NCBI GenBank assembly: GCA_002633005.1
Contig: NMRA01000091.1
Coordinates: forward strand, 140,275-204,274
Direction of reading: 5' to 3'
DNA from: Phoronis australis
Taxonomy: Eukaryota; Animalia; Phoronida
Length of the DNA: 64,000 nucleotides
Part shown: positions 48,101 to 60,090 of the stretch, piece after piece
How positions within the stretch are numbered: position 1 is the first letter of the stretch
Layout of the letters: every line of letters begins with the position of its first letter
Made by a program: the position numbers and the translations under genes
Notes under the pieces: generated by a model
Seen by the model: only the letters and a program-made list of their open reading frames with translations
Database searches by the model: none
What the model was told of the DNA's origin: nothing

Positions 48101-51100
48101 GCGCAGTGTGACGAGTGGAAGCGTTTTCAGAGAGTACACAATGGGATATGGAGGACGGCAGCGGTATAACCTGTAGATTAGTAAAACTGCGAATGCAGTG
48201 TCTTTCACCAGTTATTCGCTCTGCAGACGAAAACAAAGTGTTTGGCCACACAGTTGCCGAACATTGCGTAGTGGCAGGTTTAGGGGAGATGGACATGTTT
48301 AAATCCCTCATAATAAAATACGATTATTGCAGCATCGTTTTTCTGCCATTATTTTGGAACAAGGAACGTTGGGGGATCTTCAACTGAATTTCGTTTTTAA
48401 AATTGTCGGTAAAACGCAGATAATAGTGATTTACTGGGGTCTCACATTTTTGAAAACCAGCTTTCTTCACTAAATAACGGGCATCAAATTGGTTCTCAAT
48501 ATCAAGGACCCTTCTAAGTTAGTTACTATTGTCAAACACTCAAATACGTGAGGGAATGCAATTTCTATTTGAATATTTTTTCTTTCTATTGATAAAACTC
48601 TCCCTATGCCTCTCCCTAAATTGGTGAAAATAAAGACGAGGTTGTCTTTAATGGATAAACAGTGATAACACTCCATAAACTAGGTATTGGTCATTTTTTC
48701 AACACACATATATTTCAAAGCCAAACTAATTATATAAGCGTAGGTCTAACTGGCAGTAACTTAAGTTAACAACATTTTACTCACGAAAACTGATCGTTTC
48801 AACGCTTTAGAAGACAGGCCAAGAGAAGTGATTAAAAATCGTTAACATATCCCATGTCCACAAGGTTACATTGATGTGTCTCTCGGTGTCTCCTCAGGCT
48901 ACTGTGTCAGTGAGACTTAATTCTCAACCAATCCCATGTTTCCTGCGAGCTTATTTTTCAGCCCACGTTGTTTACATTCCAATGACGTCGATTAGGTTTC
49001 TTAAGTGTGTGTTTTTGCAGTTTCCTTGAAACTGGAAACTATGTAGGAAAGAAATATCTATGACAGAGCACGACGCAAAAGTTTTTGCATTTTATCTTAT
49101 TACAACGACGAATTATTCACAAGTGGGATACATGTACATTTTGGGCCATTTAAGTACATTGTAGAAGCGTGCAGCGCCGAGTATAGGAATGCTGTGCGTC
49201 ATTATTCAAGGCACTGGGGAGCCTGTATACGATTTCTCTATTGCTAAGGTCTTATGTTTTAGACGTTTATGTGTTCAAAAGATACGTGGCCAATCATGGG
49301 GTTATACTTTATATCAGCGATCGTGGCGTATACTCCAGAAACTAAAACTTCAACGAAACAACTGTTACCATGGAAACCGATTCATGAACTAGTTGTGGCT
49401 CGGGTGGTGGGCGCTGTATCATTTAAAGATATTGTAAAGCGATTAAATAGCTTGAAGTTAAAAAGTATCATTAAAGTAGTCATTTGAATGCCCATGACCT
49501 GGCAAAGGGATGCACCCCAGAAATCAACGGACGAAAAATGATATCACAGAGCAAAATATTGACTTTCGCGCCCCCAAGCGACTTCTAGGCTACTGGGAGC
49601 ACGACAAATCTTGTGAAGCCTCCCCTTGATTCTTGCAAATCGACCAATCATGCCGCGCATGCTGTGTACAGTCTTCTGGTTTCTTCAACAAGGGCAGTTC
49701 AGTGTTACGTGTAGCTAATCAATAAACTCATCAAGTGTCTTTTAACAGTAATATAAATTGTTCAAAGATTGTTTCTTAGTCATTGTTATCACCACTCGTT
49801 TGAGAACGCACTCCACCAATCAGTCTACTGGCACTGTGCAGCCGCGTCTGTGCGCTGTTGTGAGTATTTTGTTCATTTACTAGTGGCTATGGAGGCATTT
49901 TGAACGACTTTAAGTGAATTTAAAAGGCGTCACATCAAACCAGGTGTACAAATATAGGTTCAGGCCTAAGTGATTTTTCTAGTTCCGTGCGTTTGTATAT
50001 GAAATTCTTTGAAATTCCTTAAGTTTTGCGCCAGTGAATGTTGTGAATTGATAGAGAACGACTGTCTAAGTTGTTCCTAGTGGGTGTTCACGACATTTAC
50101 TACGTAAGCCACCTTACTCATATCGGTGCTCTTAAACCTTCGCCTAAAGATGTTCTCTCCCCCACTATAGCGCGCAGTCAAATATCTAGTCTCGAACCTT
50201 GACTCTGTTAACCTTTTAATTTGAAGTGAATCTCAAATATTTGGTCAATTAAATATGAGATCAATTGATATATTTAAATCAGTTGAATATAAAAAGCATG
50301 CTGGTCATAACGCGGACGCTCACTGATCACGTCCCACTCGAGCTCCGAGATTCAGTTTTGTTGCATCAGTATAACTGTGCATCTTTTTCCCTGTCTCGCT
50401 GAGGTTATCCTAAAAGGGGCTATAAATCAAAATCAAGGAGAAGTAGTTGAATTGGTATTTATCTCAGAAAAGTTACAGATAATTATAGAAAAAAATTGAA
50501 ATTTCGAATGTTTCATGAATTTGCAATCGGATGAGGTCATTTCAACATACTGACTGTGTTTTACAACCTTAACTTGACTGATTTCAGCCTTGATATCCAA
50601 GCCTCCTTCCGTGATTTTGTTATAATGTTGTACATAATCCATTTACTTGAATCTAAAGAGTTATTAACGGTTCTAATAATCATACTGAGTATAATACGAA
50701 GACAAATGTACAGTCTGTAGGAGGGTTTGCTGTAGTGTTGCGAACTTGTACAAACCAACATCGGGCTGTATGCGCGGACTTGTTTATTATAAAGCGGAAC
50801 ACCTTGCGTTATTTCGTAGGGTGAAAATATCCCGTGGCGGAGCACCCGGAAAACGTCGAGTATTCCCGTGGTCTCAAATTAACCCTCGGATGTGTTTCGT
50901 AGCTTCGCATACGCGAACTTCCGTTCCAACAATAAGCCGTCCTAAGATGGAGAATGCCGTCGAATGCACCGGGATACTTATATGGTAACAGGCTTAAATA
51001 GGAGTTAAAACGCGTACGCTTTTGACACCTACTGGAGTCATGATTTTACCTGTCACTTGATCAAATTCCTTTGCTGTCATTATTGAAGTTTGCACATGTA

Positions 51101-51453
51101 CATATTGAAATGCCTTTGATAGATAATTCTAGGTTACGAAAATCCCCGCAAACTTCTATCACAGTTCGTACAATAACCGCTAGGTGTCTCTGTAGCTAGT
51201 TCTCTATCTTATTGACCCCGTGACTACGCATCAATTACATTGAGGTCTCCATCATTCTTTCAATAAAAATTCGAAATGAAATGACGATATGTTTATCTAA
51301 TAACAGCAAAGAGGTTTGGTCAAAATTATGTTCAGTAGAGCTCAAGAACGAGGTCTCAAAAGCTCTACGTGACGTCATTCTCAACCCTTAGTCTGTCGCC
51401 TGGTGTACTGTTAAATCTGCATTTCGCCGCTGTGAAAAACATTACCACGCCCA

Positions 51454-51543
51454 CCGAATGAGTCGGCAACCTAGGTCGCTGTGAATGCGCACCTTATGTT
51501 GCCGAATGAGTTGGCAACCTTCGTCGCAGTCAATGCGCACCCT
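51454..51543 (+). repeat. 48-bp tandem duplication
   Basis: CCGAATGAGT(C/T)GGCAACCT..GTCGC.GT.AATGCGCACC at 51454 and 51502. Confidence 0.85.
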
Positions 51544-51552
51544 GGTCATTTC

Positions 51553-52596
51553 CGAATCGCAATTTTAGGGTTCGCCAACTTCCAATAGACTGTGTTGCCT
51601 CTGAGTGGCTGCTGGTCTCGATGTTCTTGCTGGTACCGGAAATAGATTCCTGTCACGGTAAGGAATATTGTGGAAGCAGGGGGTTTTACGGTTTCTCAGC
51701 CGGGGTGAAATGCATTTGAACTCTTGTTTAAACCTGTTGTCACAGGAATATCCTGCCTCGTTCGAGGGCATTCTTCATCTTCAGTGTCACATGGAGCAAA
51801 ATATTGCACGACGTGACAGTCAACTTATCTGATCACGTGATATCCAACTGCCAGATCTTCCCAAACCTAGGGGTCTCTTCTAATTCAAGTGCGTCACGCG
51901 TGAAGATAAGATTTTTATCGGTAAGTGTCCTAAATCGGAAGTTCTTTTCCTATTTTCTACGGAAAGTCGGTTTATAGCCTTGTTAAGGTTATGTGGTCCC
52001 TTAGAGAAGTGTCCAATTTTGTCCAAATTCGGAACGCCGATTCACATGCAACGGAATTATTTTTAAAGTGTTCCACTTTTGCACGAGAAGCAATCCAAAC
52101 ATGACTTATTTGATTTTATTAAAAAAATAATGGTATTTACAACGAAAACGAAATGATTATGTAGAAAACTGTAACAGCGTTTTTGAGATTTTATATTAAA
52201 TATTTATTTCATACGAAATTTGGTCACGCTATTGATCGTATTGTCTTGCTACTAATGTACCTTTCCTTTCTGCAATTTACTCCTAAGAAACGAGGTCACC
52301 TGACCTAATCACTGACAGATTGGTATGAAGTCAATAATCAAATTCTTCGGATTTTATTCTTTCAGAAATTATTACTTTTGCTGAGTTAAATTCTTAAGTT
52401 TTGCCAATATTTGACCAACGCCGTCATTATTTAGCTGTCAAAAAAACGAAAATGAGTACGCCATAAAATCGGTCTTCCTTACCATTATAGGACTTGGCGC
52501 CCATTGCTATCAAAGACATTCAAACCATCGGCGACTCAAGAAAATGTTTTAAGATTGAGTTTATTGGGTGAAGTCATCCCTAAAATTGCGATTTCG
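51553..52596. mobile_element. Decayed ~1-kb element with long imperfect terminal inverted repeats
   Basis: 51553-51640 and 52500-52596 are inverted, diverged copies (AATCGCAATTTTAGGG..CCAATA.ACT..TGAGT.GC.G.TGGT). Confidence 0.5.
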
Positions 52597-55500
52597 AAAA
52601 CTGGGCACGTGCACATTGCCTGTGACTTGAAGTTGCCAGCTAGAACTGTAACAATTTCGACTGATTTTGTCTTGAATAATACAAGCAGCTGTTAAAAACA
52701 ATAGTTTGTACGATGTAAGGTCTAGCAGATCCCAACATGGGATTTATGTGTTTGTTTAACTGGAATGCATTCAGCAGTTCATACTAGTCACTAATCGCGT
52801 AACGCACTGAGGTAGCAGACAAAATCACGCATATTTAAGTACCACCCCCAAAAACCGAACAGAAAAGGGGCTGACCTTCAACTATCGAGATCCATAGGTA
52901 GTAAAAATTGGGCCATAGATTTGAGGCCGTGTGGATGAATTAACTTACCACAGCCACGATTTTTAAAATTATCCCTGAGCATTGGCAGCTTAGCAGTGGT
53001 GGAATGCCACTAAAAGCAATCAAGCGCCCTTTACCACCAATGTTGAGGCTCAATCAGAATCTACAGAAGTCTCGTCAGATCTCGTCTGGTCTCCAGTTTT
53101 ACGTTTTCGTCAACATGACGCGTTATATCCCTAACAATTTACGAGAAGTCTTCTTCTAAGGGCATAAATGGGGTCAATGTACCTTTCAAATACAAGACTT
53201 TATGTTATGTCTTTTTCGGACTGGCACAAGCGTTTGTTATTTTGACTCGAAATCACTGTCCAGGTCCGTTTGTAATGTACAGGTTTTGGTCACGAAGTTA
53301 TGGCTAGTAAGGATGTTTCATTTTAGTTTTCTTAAGCATACGTATTGCTTTAATAAACTTTTTGTCATTCATTTTTTCTTTCGAGGAAGTTCATTGACTT
53401 GACAAGAACCGTCGAATGTGGATAACGCGAGAAGTGTTTGTTCAAATCTGTTAAAAGCGTCGAAAATCAAAAAGCCTGGAAATGTAGATTTTCCACGTAA
53501 GCGGTATCAGTTGATGTCGTCCCTAGCAACTCTCATATTTAAACAAAAGTTGATTAAATGTTGCAGTGAAAAACATTTGTAACTGGAACTTCCGAAAATA
53601 GGACCATAGAGGGATATTCGAAAAATGACCTCTCAAAAACGTCAAATGAAATCGAAAATACACCCGGTGCTAATACAGTACATTACCAACAAAGCCTCCC
53701 AATATATCGTTAAAGGATAGTCCTTTTGTGTAGAAATCGCAATTCCAAAATAAAATGTCTTGTCAAAATAAACAAGTGTTTACATCAAAACACATTTTAT
53801 ACGTATTTCAGAACAATGCATCAGTTTCTCAAAACAGTTACCGAAAATACCGTCGCCCATATGGGCTGAGGGTAATTTTGAAAAAAAATTGAAAACACGC
53901 CCATGGGCGTACTTTTGGGTGTAACTATTTTTGGAATATTACGATAATTCTATTTATTTTGTGAACAGTGAATTCTTTGAAAAATCCACGAATGTTGGCA
54001 GTTACTTGCGTTCCCACTGACATGGATTCAAGACAAACTTTGACTTGAAGTTGAGAAACTGGTGATGGATTCAACATTTCAAAAGGATATAAAGTCGGCA
54101 GTGGCGTGAATGTTTTGGAGGGGAGTAATGTTTGCAAGTCATTGTATCCTGAAACCCAAAGCCCTGGCTAAACTCTGTTTTCTTGCATAGGACCTTTTAT
54201 GATTTTTGGACCAATGTCCCGATTTTCGTCTAAGATTTCGTACATTTGTGGGTTATAGCTCCAAAATTTGTGTCGCCGATCAGGCGTACACAACAGTAGT
54301 TATCGAAGTCGTGTAAGCGAACAACCGCAGCGTATGGACGTGACTTCAGATTACACTTTGACGAATTACATAACGTGTACATACGTTTTTCGTTTTTTAT
54401 ATAATCGCGCAATCTTTTCTGATTTTACATGTAGTTGATATAACCCGTTGTGACGTCATCGGCGTGACAACTGAACAATATTTAGTTACTGCTATTGGGC
54501 TCCATTTAACCAACGTTTATCCAATTTGCATACAAATGAAGACATGCACAGGTACTAGCCAGTTACATAAAGGTGTTTCGTTTCCATTATCCGTCATTAT
54601 GAACGGATAATTGAACCGAATGTCTACTTAACGTCTTATTGGAGACGTGTTTATTCGCACAACCGTCAAATTAACTTTTATTGCAGTGGATCAGGTAACT
54701 GAAATCTGTGCGATCTGCGTAGCTTTGTTTGAAGCATAGCACGTGCCTGCCAACGTTTCTTTGCCGTCATTCGTGTCGTTGATACTGCCTTGCGTCCTTC
54801 AGACAAGCTGCGGAAATGTCAATCTAACCATTAACTCGATCCGAACCGTTTTCTAGAATTGTTTGGTTCTACTGGGTAACTAGCAATTTTTAATAAAGAC
54901 CTCAGCGCTACCTACCTAGCGTTCTTGAATAGTAAATCAACTGATTTGCTTGAGAAGAACTAAGCAAGGGGCAATCATTTCGTCCGGTGACGTACTCAGT
55001 CACGCGAAATGCTCGATTTTTAGTGTGTTTTTAATACTGTGCGATTTTTGCAATGGTTTATATTAAAATCAAAAGTGTTTGATATCTGAAACATATTTGG
55101 AGCATATTAGAGTCGAGCATTCTGTTTTGTCCCTTAGGCTGTGAATATGTGCATTCAGTGATAGACACTGATGTACTGCATGGATGGGCTCAGTATTGAC
55201 TGTGAAAAGTAGTCACTGAGAGACTTGTCAGTGCTCAAGCGGTAGTCTTTGCTGCGGGTTATGTAACCAACCTGGTATAAACTTCACGTTTTTAAAGCAG
55301 CAATGTGAAGGGTATTCAATACTTGAGACCGTGGGACTGATTTGTGCTGGAGTACCTGGCTAGATACCACCAAACATTTCATCGAGAACGGACTCAAAAA
55401 ATTTTGGACTCCAAGAATAAGCGTTTGCGGCTGAGCCTGTTACGTCATTCCCAGAAAGTCAACTGAAGCGGACACTGTAAATTAAGGTGAGGGTTGTCTT

Positions 55501-57136
55501 GGGCCAGATCGAAGTACGTCATTTTGCCCTCCATGTGTGGCGATTTATAATCTTTGTTTGTGAACGATGTCAGACGTCTACTCCGCATTTGCATTCAGAA
55601 GTCACATTTTCGGGACAAACTTAAAAGACCGGTTAAGCATATGTCATTTGTGTCCCGACTCACCATTCCAATTGTGTCAACCACTCGGTTGGAGAAATAT
55701 ACACCATGTAGCCAGTAACCATGCCGTAGGCTGTTCTAGAATTGTAATCATGCTAAGCGGAAATGAATGCTTATTTCCGCTAAATAATGTAAAACAATAG
55801 CCACGTTTAGGGGCCTGTAGGAGTTTTACATTTTTGATATTAGCTGAAATGGCGAATTTAACCGATTCCTGTCAGCTATTTAGAAGCTTTATCTCTGTTA
55901 CATATGACGTAGGTGGGTCATTGATTGGAAATAGACTCTTGTGTTTAGATTTATTGATTCCTCGCATTTCAAAAATATTCATTTAACCGCCGATAAAAAA
56001 ATTTGAATGCCACTAGTGCAGTTAGACTGAATTATATGATCACATAACGTACCGTCTGAGCGTTCAGTGGCAAAAAGACGTGTGTCGGAATATGGTTCTG
56101 ATAAAGTTACTGAGTGGCGTGGATCACAATCAGCCGGGACACATGAGTCATGTAACAAGGAAGTACAAACGCGCGCAGATTAAGTTCACCTCGAGGGAAA
56201 TGAGACTGCGAAAATACTCGGAGTGTTCCGGATGATTTTAGACAAAACTGAGACAATCTTATTATTCACTAAGCGGTTGTGAAATCTCGAAGATTAAATT
56301 ATGTATTCTCAGTAGGGTATTCGCGAGCTGTTACCTTTTTGTTTCAGTTTCTTAATAGACGTTGTAAGTTTGAGCATTGTTCGTAACTTGATTTGGCCGC
56401 CAGGGTTAAACAATCTGTTGTGACTTTGAGTCAATCAATAACTACACTTGTCACTGGAAGGACAATAATTATTTTAGTTTGCCTTGATGTACTTAAGAAT
56501 ATTCTGAGGGTATAATTTTTAGATTACATCAAACAAACGGTATTCCCACATGGAAAAGTCGCTCGGGTATTGTCCTCTGCTTCACACGTAGATATAACTG
56601 CCGGATTGTGTGTAAACCGAAGTTTGATTGCAAACACTTACTAATGAAAAGTAATCGACTGTCCTCTTTGCGTGACGACGTCACATACATCCATGCATGT
56701 GGACAGAAGGGAAATATGGCTAAATTCAAGTTTATCTCAGTTGTCGAAAATTATTCATTCAACAATATTTCTAATCGTTTTCATCGAGCTGTGTTGGCTG
56801 ATGTATCTTAATACACTGTAAGCTGATCAACTGTATATAAACCAAACTCACTGGTTATCGGGAAGGCCCATTTCGTAATTTTCCCTGAGCTCAATATCTC
56901 AGGTGATAACTACCTGCTGTGTGCTTTTGTACCAGCTAGACGACAACTTTTGTATAGGTCCTCTTTAGTGAATAATTTGTTTCGATTAAATAATTCATTC
57001 AAGCCCTTTAAGACATCCTTTCTCTGCTCGATATCTGAATGCACCGTTATTATTCCCAGGTTGTTTCCGACTAGGAAAAAACTGCCCGTGTGCTATTTTG
57101 TCGATCGCTAGTGAAATTTCAACCATGTTACCTATT

Positions 57137-57538
57137 CAAGATACCTAAACTACACTGTTAACGGACTCATAAACACGGTCACGGACGCATGAACACGACT
57201 CACGTACTTAGAAACACCGTTCCCTGACTCACATTCACGAAGAAACACGGTTAACGGACCCGCCAAGCACTGTTTACGGGCAAAATGTAGATGTCGGCTA
57301 ACCCATGGCCTATGTTTATGGCATGCTTTATCGGAGTAAACCGTGTTTGGCGGTCCGTTAACCGTGTTTCTTCGTGAATGTGAGTCCGTGTCCCGTGTAT
57401 TCGTTTGGATAGATCGTGTTTTGTGAGTCCGTTCCCGTGTTTGTGAGTCAGTGAACGGTGTTTGCAGGTACGTGTGTCGTGTTCATGCGTCCGTGACCGT
57501 GTTTATGAAACCGTTAACCGTGTAGTTTAGTTATCTTG
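57137..57538. mobile_element. Foldback MITE with internally repetitive long TIRs and 5-bp TSD
   Basis: Ends CAAGATACCTAAACTACAC / GTGTAGTTTAGTTATCTTG. Arms are built from ACACGGTTAACGGACTCAC-like subrepeats. Exact flanking repeat CTATT (57132-57136, 57539-57543). Confidence 0.9.
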
Positions 57539-57719
57539 CTATTAGGGAAAGTCTACTTAACCAGTGAAATGGGTTGCCGTGTTGTCACTTTGGCAGGTAA
57601 GACGAATGGCGTTATCTGAAGATACTACGAGAACGACGCCTTAAATGCGTGAAAAGTACCGTCAATGTTTCATTAGTGAAGCACTGTGCTTATCATTGAT
57701 TTCTGTTTTCTTTCCACAG

Positions 57720-58154
57720 GTCGCGTGAAACGGACAAATAGAGGGAGGCGTTACTGAAATATACACGCTCGATTCACCACTTAGCCCATATTTTGATCGA
57801 AATCGATTACAATCGATGAACGCCTATCAAGTTCGAGTGTCTTAATTGCCCTCAGTAACATTATATAGATCAAAAATTATACACACTCGAAAAACATGCA
57901 TGTTTGTGCGATCTCAGGAAGGACCTTGAATTGCTTTTGCTTCGCTATTGGTAAATTGTCATCGATTGAGAGGTTTTGACTCTGAAAGAAGTCACTCTGG
58001 TGCACTGGAACTGTGGTGATCGAGTGAACGGACATTGATAGCTACTGAGCCCATTGAGTCGTTTCACTCACTGTGGAAAGGGTCGAACACCTGACGAGAA
58101 TAAATGTTGTGTGCATCAACGTGATCCGATGAAAAACAAGGTGTCAAAAATAAG
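57720..58154 (+). other. Candidate spliced exon (435 nt, mostly untranslated)
   Basis: Strong acceptor TTTCTGTTTTCTTTCCACAG|G at 57719/57720 and consensus donor AAG|GTGAGT at 58154/58155. No long ORF. An ATG at 58129 is open to the donor. Confidence 0.45.
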
Positions 58155-59979
58155 GTGAGTCTTTCCTTAGTCCTTGTTAGTTACTCACTGGATCCGAGAC
58201 TAAATTGCATCATTGAGAAAATCACATTTTGGAATTTACATGTATAACAGAGTTCGGAAGACTTTCGAAATGATATGTGGGAAAGTTGCCTTTGTTAGCA
58301 CGTGTTTTGAAAATCAAAAACATGGAAAATTAAACAATTACCCCTGGAAAATGGACCTTAAGGTGGTACCGTGAGAAAAAAATCTTTTGTGTTTGCTGGT
58401 CCCTATTCAATAGACACTGGCACCGAAAGGAGAGAGCTACTGGGGTACAGTCAATGACACATGGGGCAAGTTCATGCGTGCTGATGTCATGTTAACGAAA
58501 AGACATTTGACGGAAATAGTCAAATTTGAGTAGCTTCAGGAAGCGTTTTTTATCGTCTGTGGTCTTTCTGTGATAGAAGTTTATGCTTCAACTTGGCATA
58601 CATTCGTTGGTACTGCGCCATCTACCGTCGAGTTCAGTTAAGTCTTAGTCTCACGGAGATAAGGCGATGAAGTACATTGTACCACTCACGATGATGTTTA
58701 TAATAGCTCATCAGAGTTCGGTGTTAAATCACAGCAACCTCATTGAACCATAAGTTCAAAGAAATAACTTCCCCAGTGACATAGACCGATATCTTGCATG
58801 ACGAATTTAACGTTTAATGTTCCCTACCTGTTCACGAATATTGGCAAGGCCATTCCACGAGGTTACAAGTTGTAGCTAGATTTTGCAAGGTCTTCAAATA
58901 ACGAAGTGACTTTGATCGCCTGGTTACATTTTCGTTCTGCTTGGGTTGTCTTCCCTGATTTTCCACCAATCCCTCTTCCGACACCCCGTGTTGGTAGTCT
59001 GAAAAGGACTCGGGGTTTGGCAGGCTTGACTTGGAACGTTCCCTATTGAGTGAAAGTCTCCGTCGATCTCCCCCGCCGCGTCTTCGCCCATCGGCTCACA
59101 CGTCTGTGTTTTCTTCCAGTTAGGTTTTGGACAGCAGCACGTTGCATTTCCAGAACATCGTGCACTAATATGGACTCTAATCAGAGGAAATGTTTTTCCT
59201 ATGGTTTACAACATAGCCCCCTTCTATTTCGCTGTAGGTTAGACCGACGCTTTTTGTGTTCTCGAATATTTTATCCAACAGTACGAGAAGTTGTAAAACG
59301 CCAGGCCACGAGTTGACTTGCAGTCTTGGCAATTTCCTGAGATTTCAGTTTCCCGTAATTTTACAACGTTTGAATTTTTGCGTTTCCTAGGGGTTGAAAT
59401 GGCGGAAATGGTTCCAAGTGAGTGCATAGAAACAGCATTGAATTTTGTACCGTGTGAGCTATTTGCATAGAACGTAAAGTAATTAAACAGTTCAATACTA
59501 AAGCTTTTTTGACATGATCCGCTTAATAAAAACCGGAGTTTGAAAGCAGAACCTCAGACATTAATCAATATATGGAGTAATAGAAGTAGCAGCGCCAATG
59601 CTGAAATTCGCTGTGCAAACAAAATCACGGAGTGCTCTTTAAAGCTCCGGCGTTAGCAACTATTGTATGGCAAATCTGTGAGGACAAATCAATAAATTAC
59701 ACGTTTTATGAAAACATCGCAATTTTTGATCAGACATCATTGTCGTGAGTTGTTTGTGAATTCAAGAAACTAAAACGACCTTGGCATTGTGCAGCGGTAC
59801 AACTTAGGCTTAGCAGTACTGTCACTGCTGCCTCTGAATTACGCATTGCCAGAACACATTTCCTTTCCTTGTACGTTTGTTTCGTTCTAAGAAAAAGAAC
59901 GACGCCGTCGAGCCGGGGATTCTGTGTCACGTACATATACGACTTGCATTTGAGCGATCGAGGTTCACATTTGTGTATG

Positions 59980-60090
59980 TTTATCCGCTTAGCACGACGC
60001 TCATTTTCCGCACTATCGTCGTCGTCGTCGTCGTCGGAACATCACAACTCAGAACATGGCTGATCGGATTTCAATGAAACTTACAGATGC
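59980..60090 (+). mobile_element. Helentron/HINE (DINE-1-like) non-autonomous element relic with (GTC)n
   Basis: T-rich start, (TCG)n microsatellite at 60016-60036, then GGATTTCAATGAAACTT (60066-60082), which resembles the conserved ATTT.AATGAAACTT block of HINE-type elements. Confidence 0.45.
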
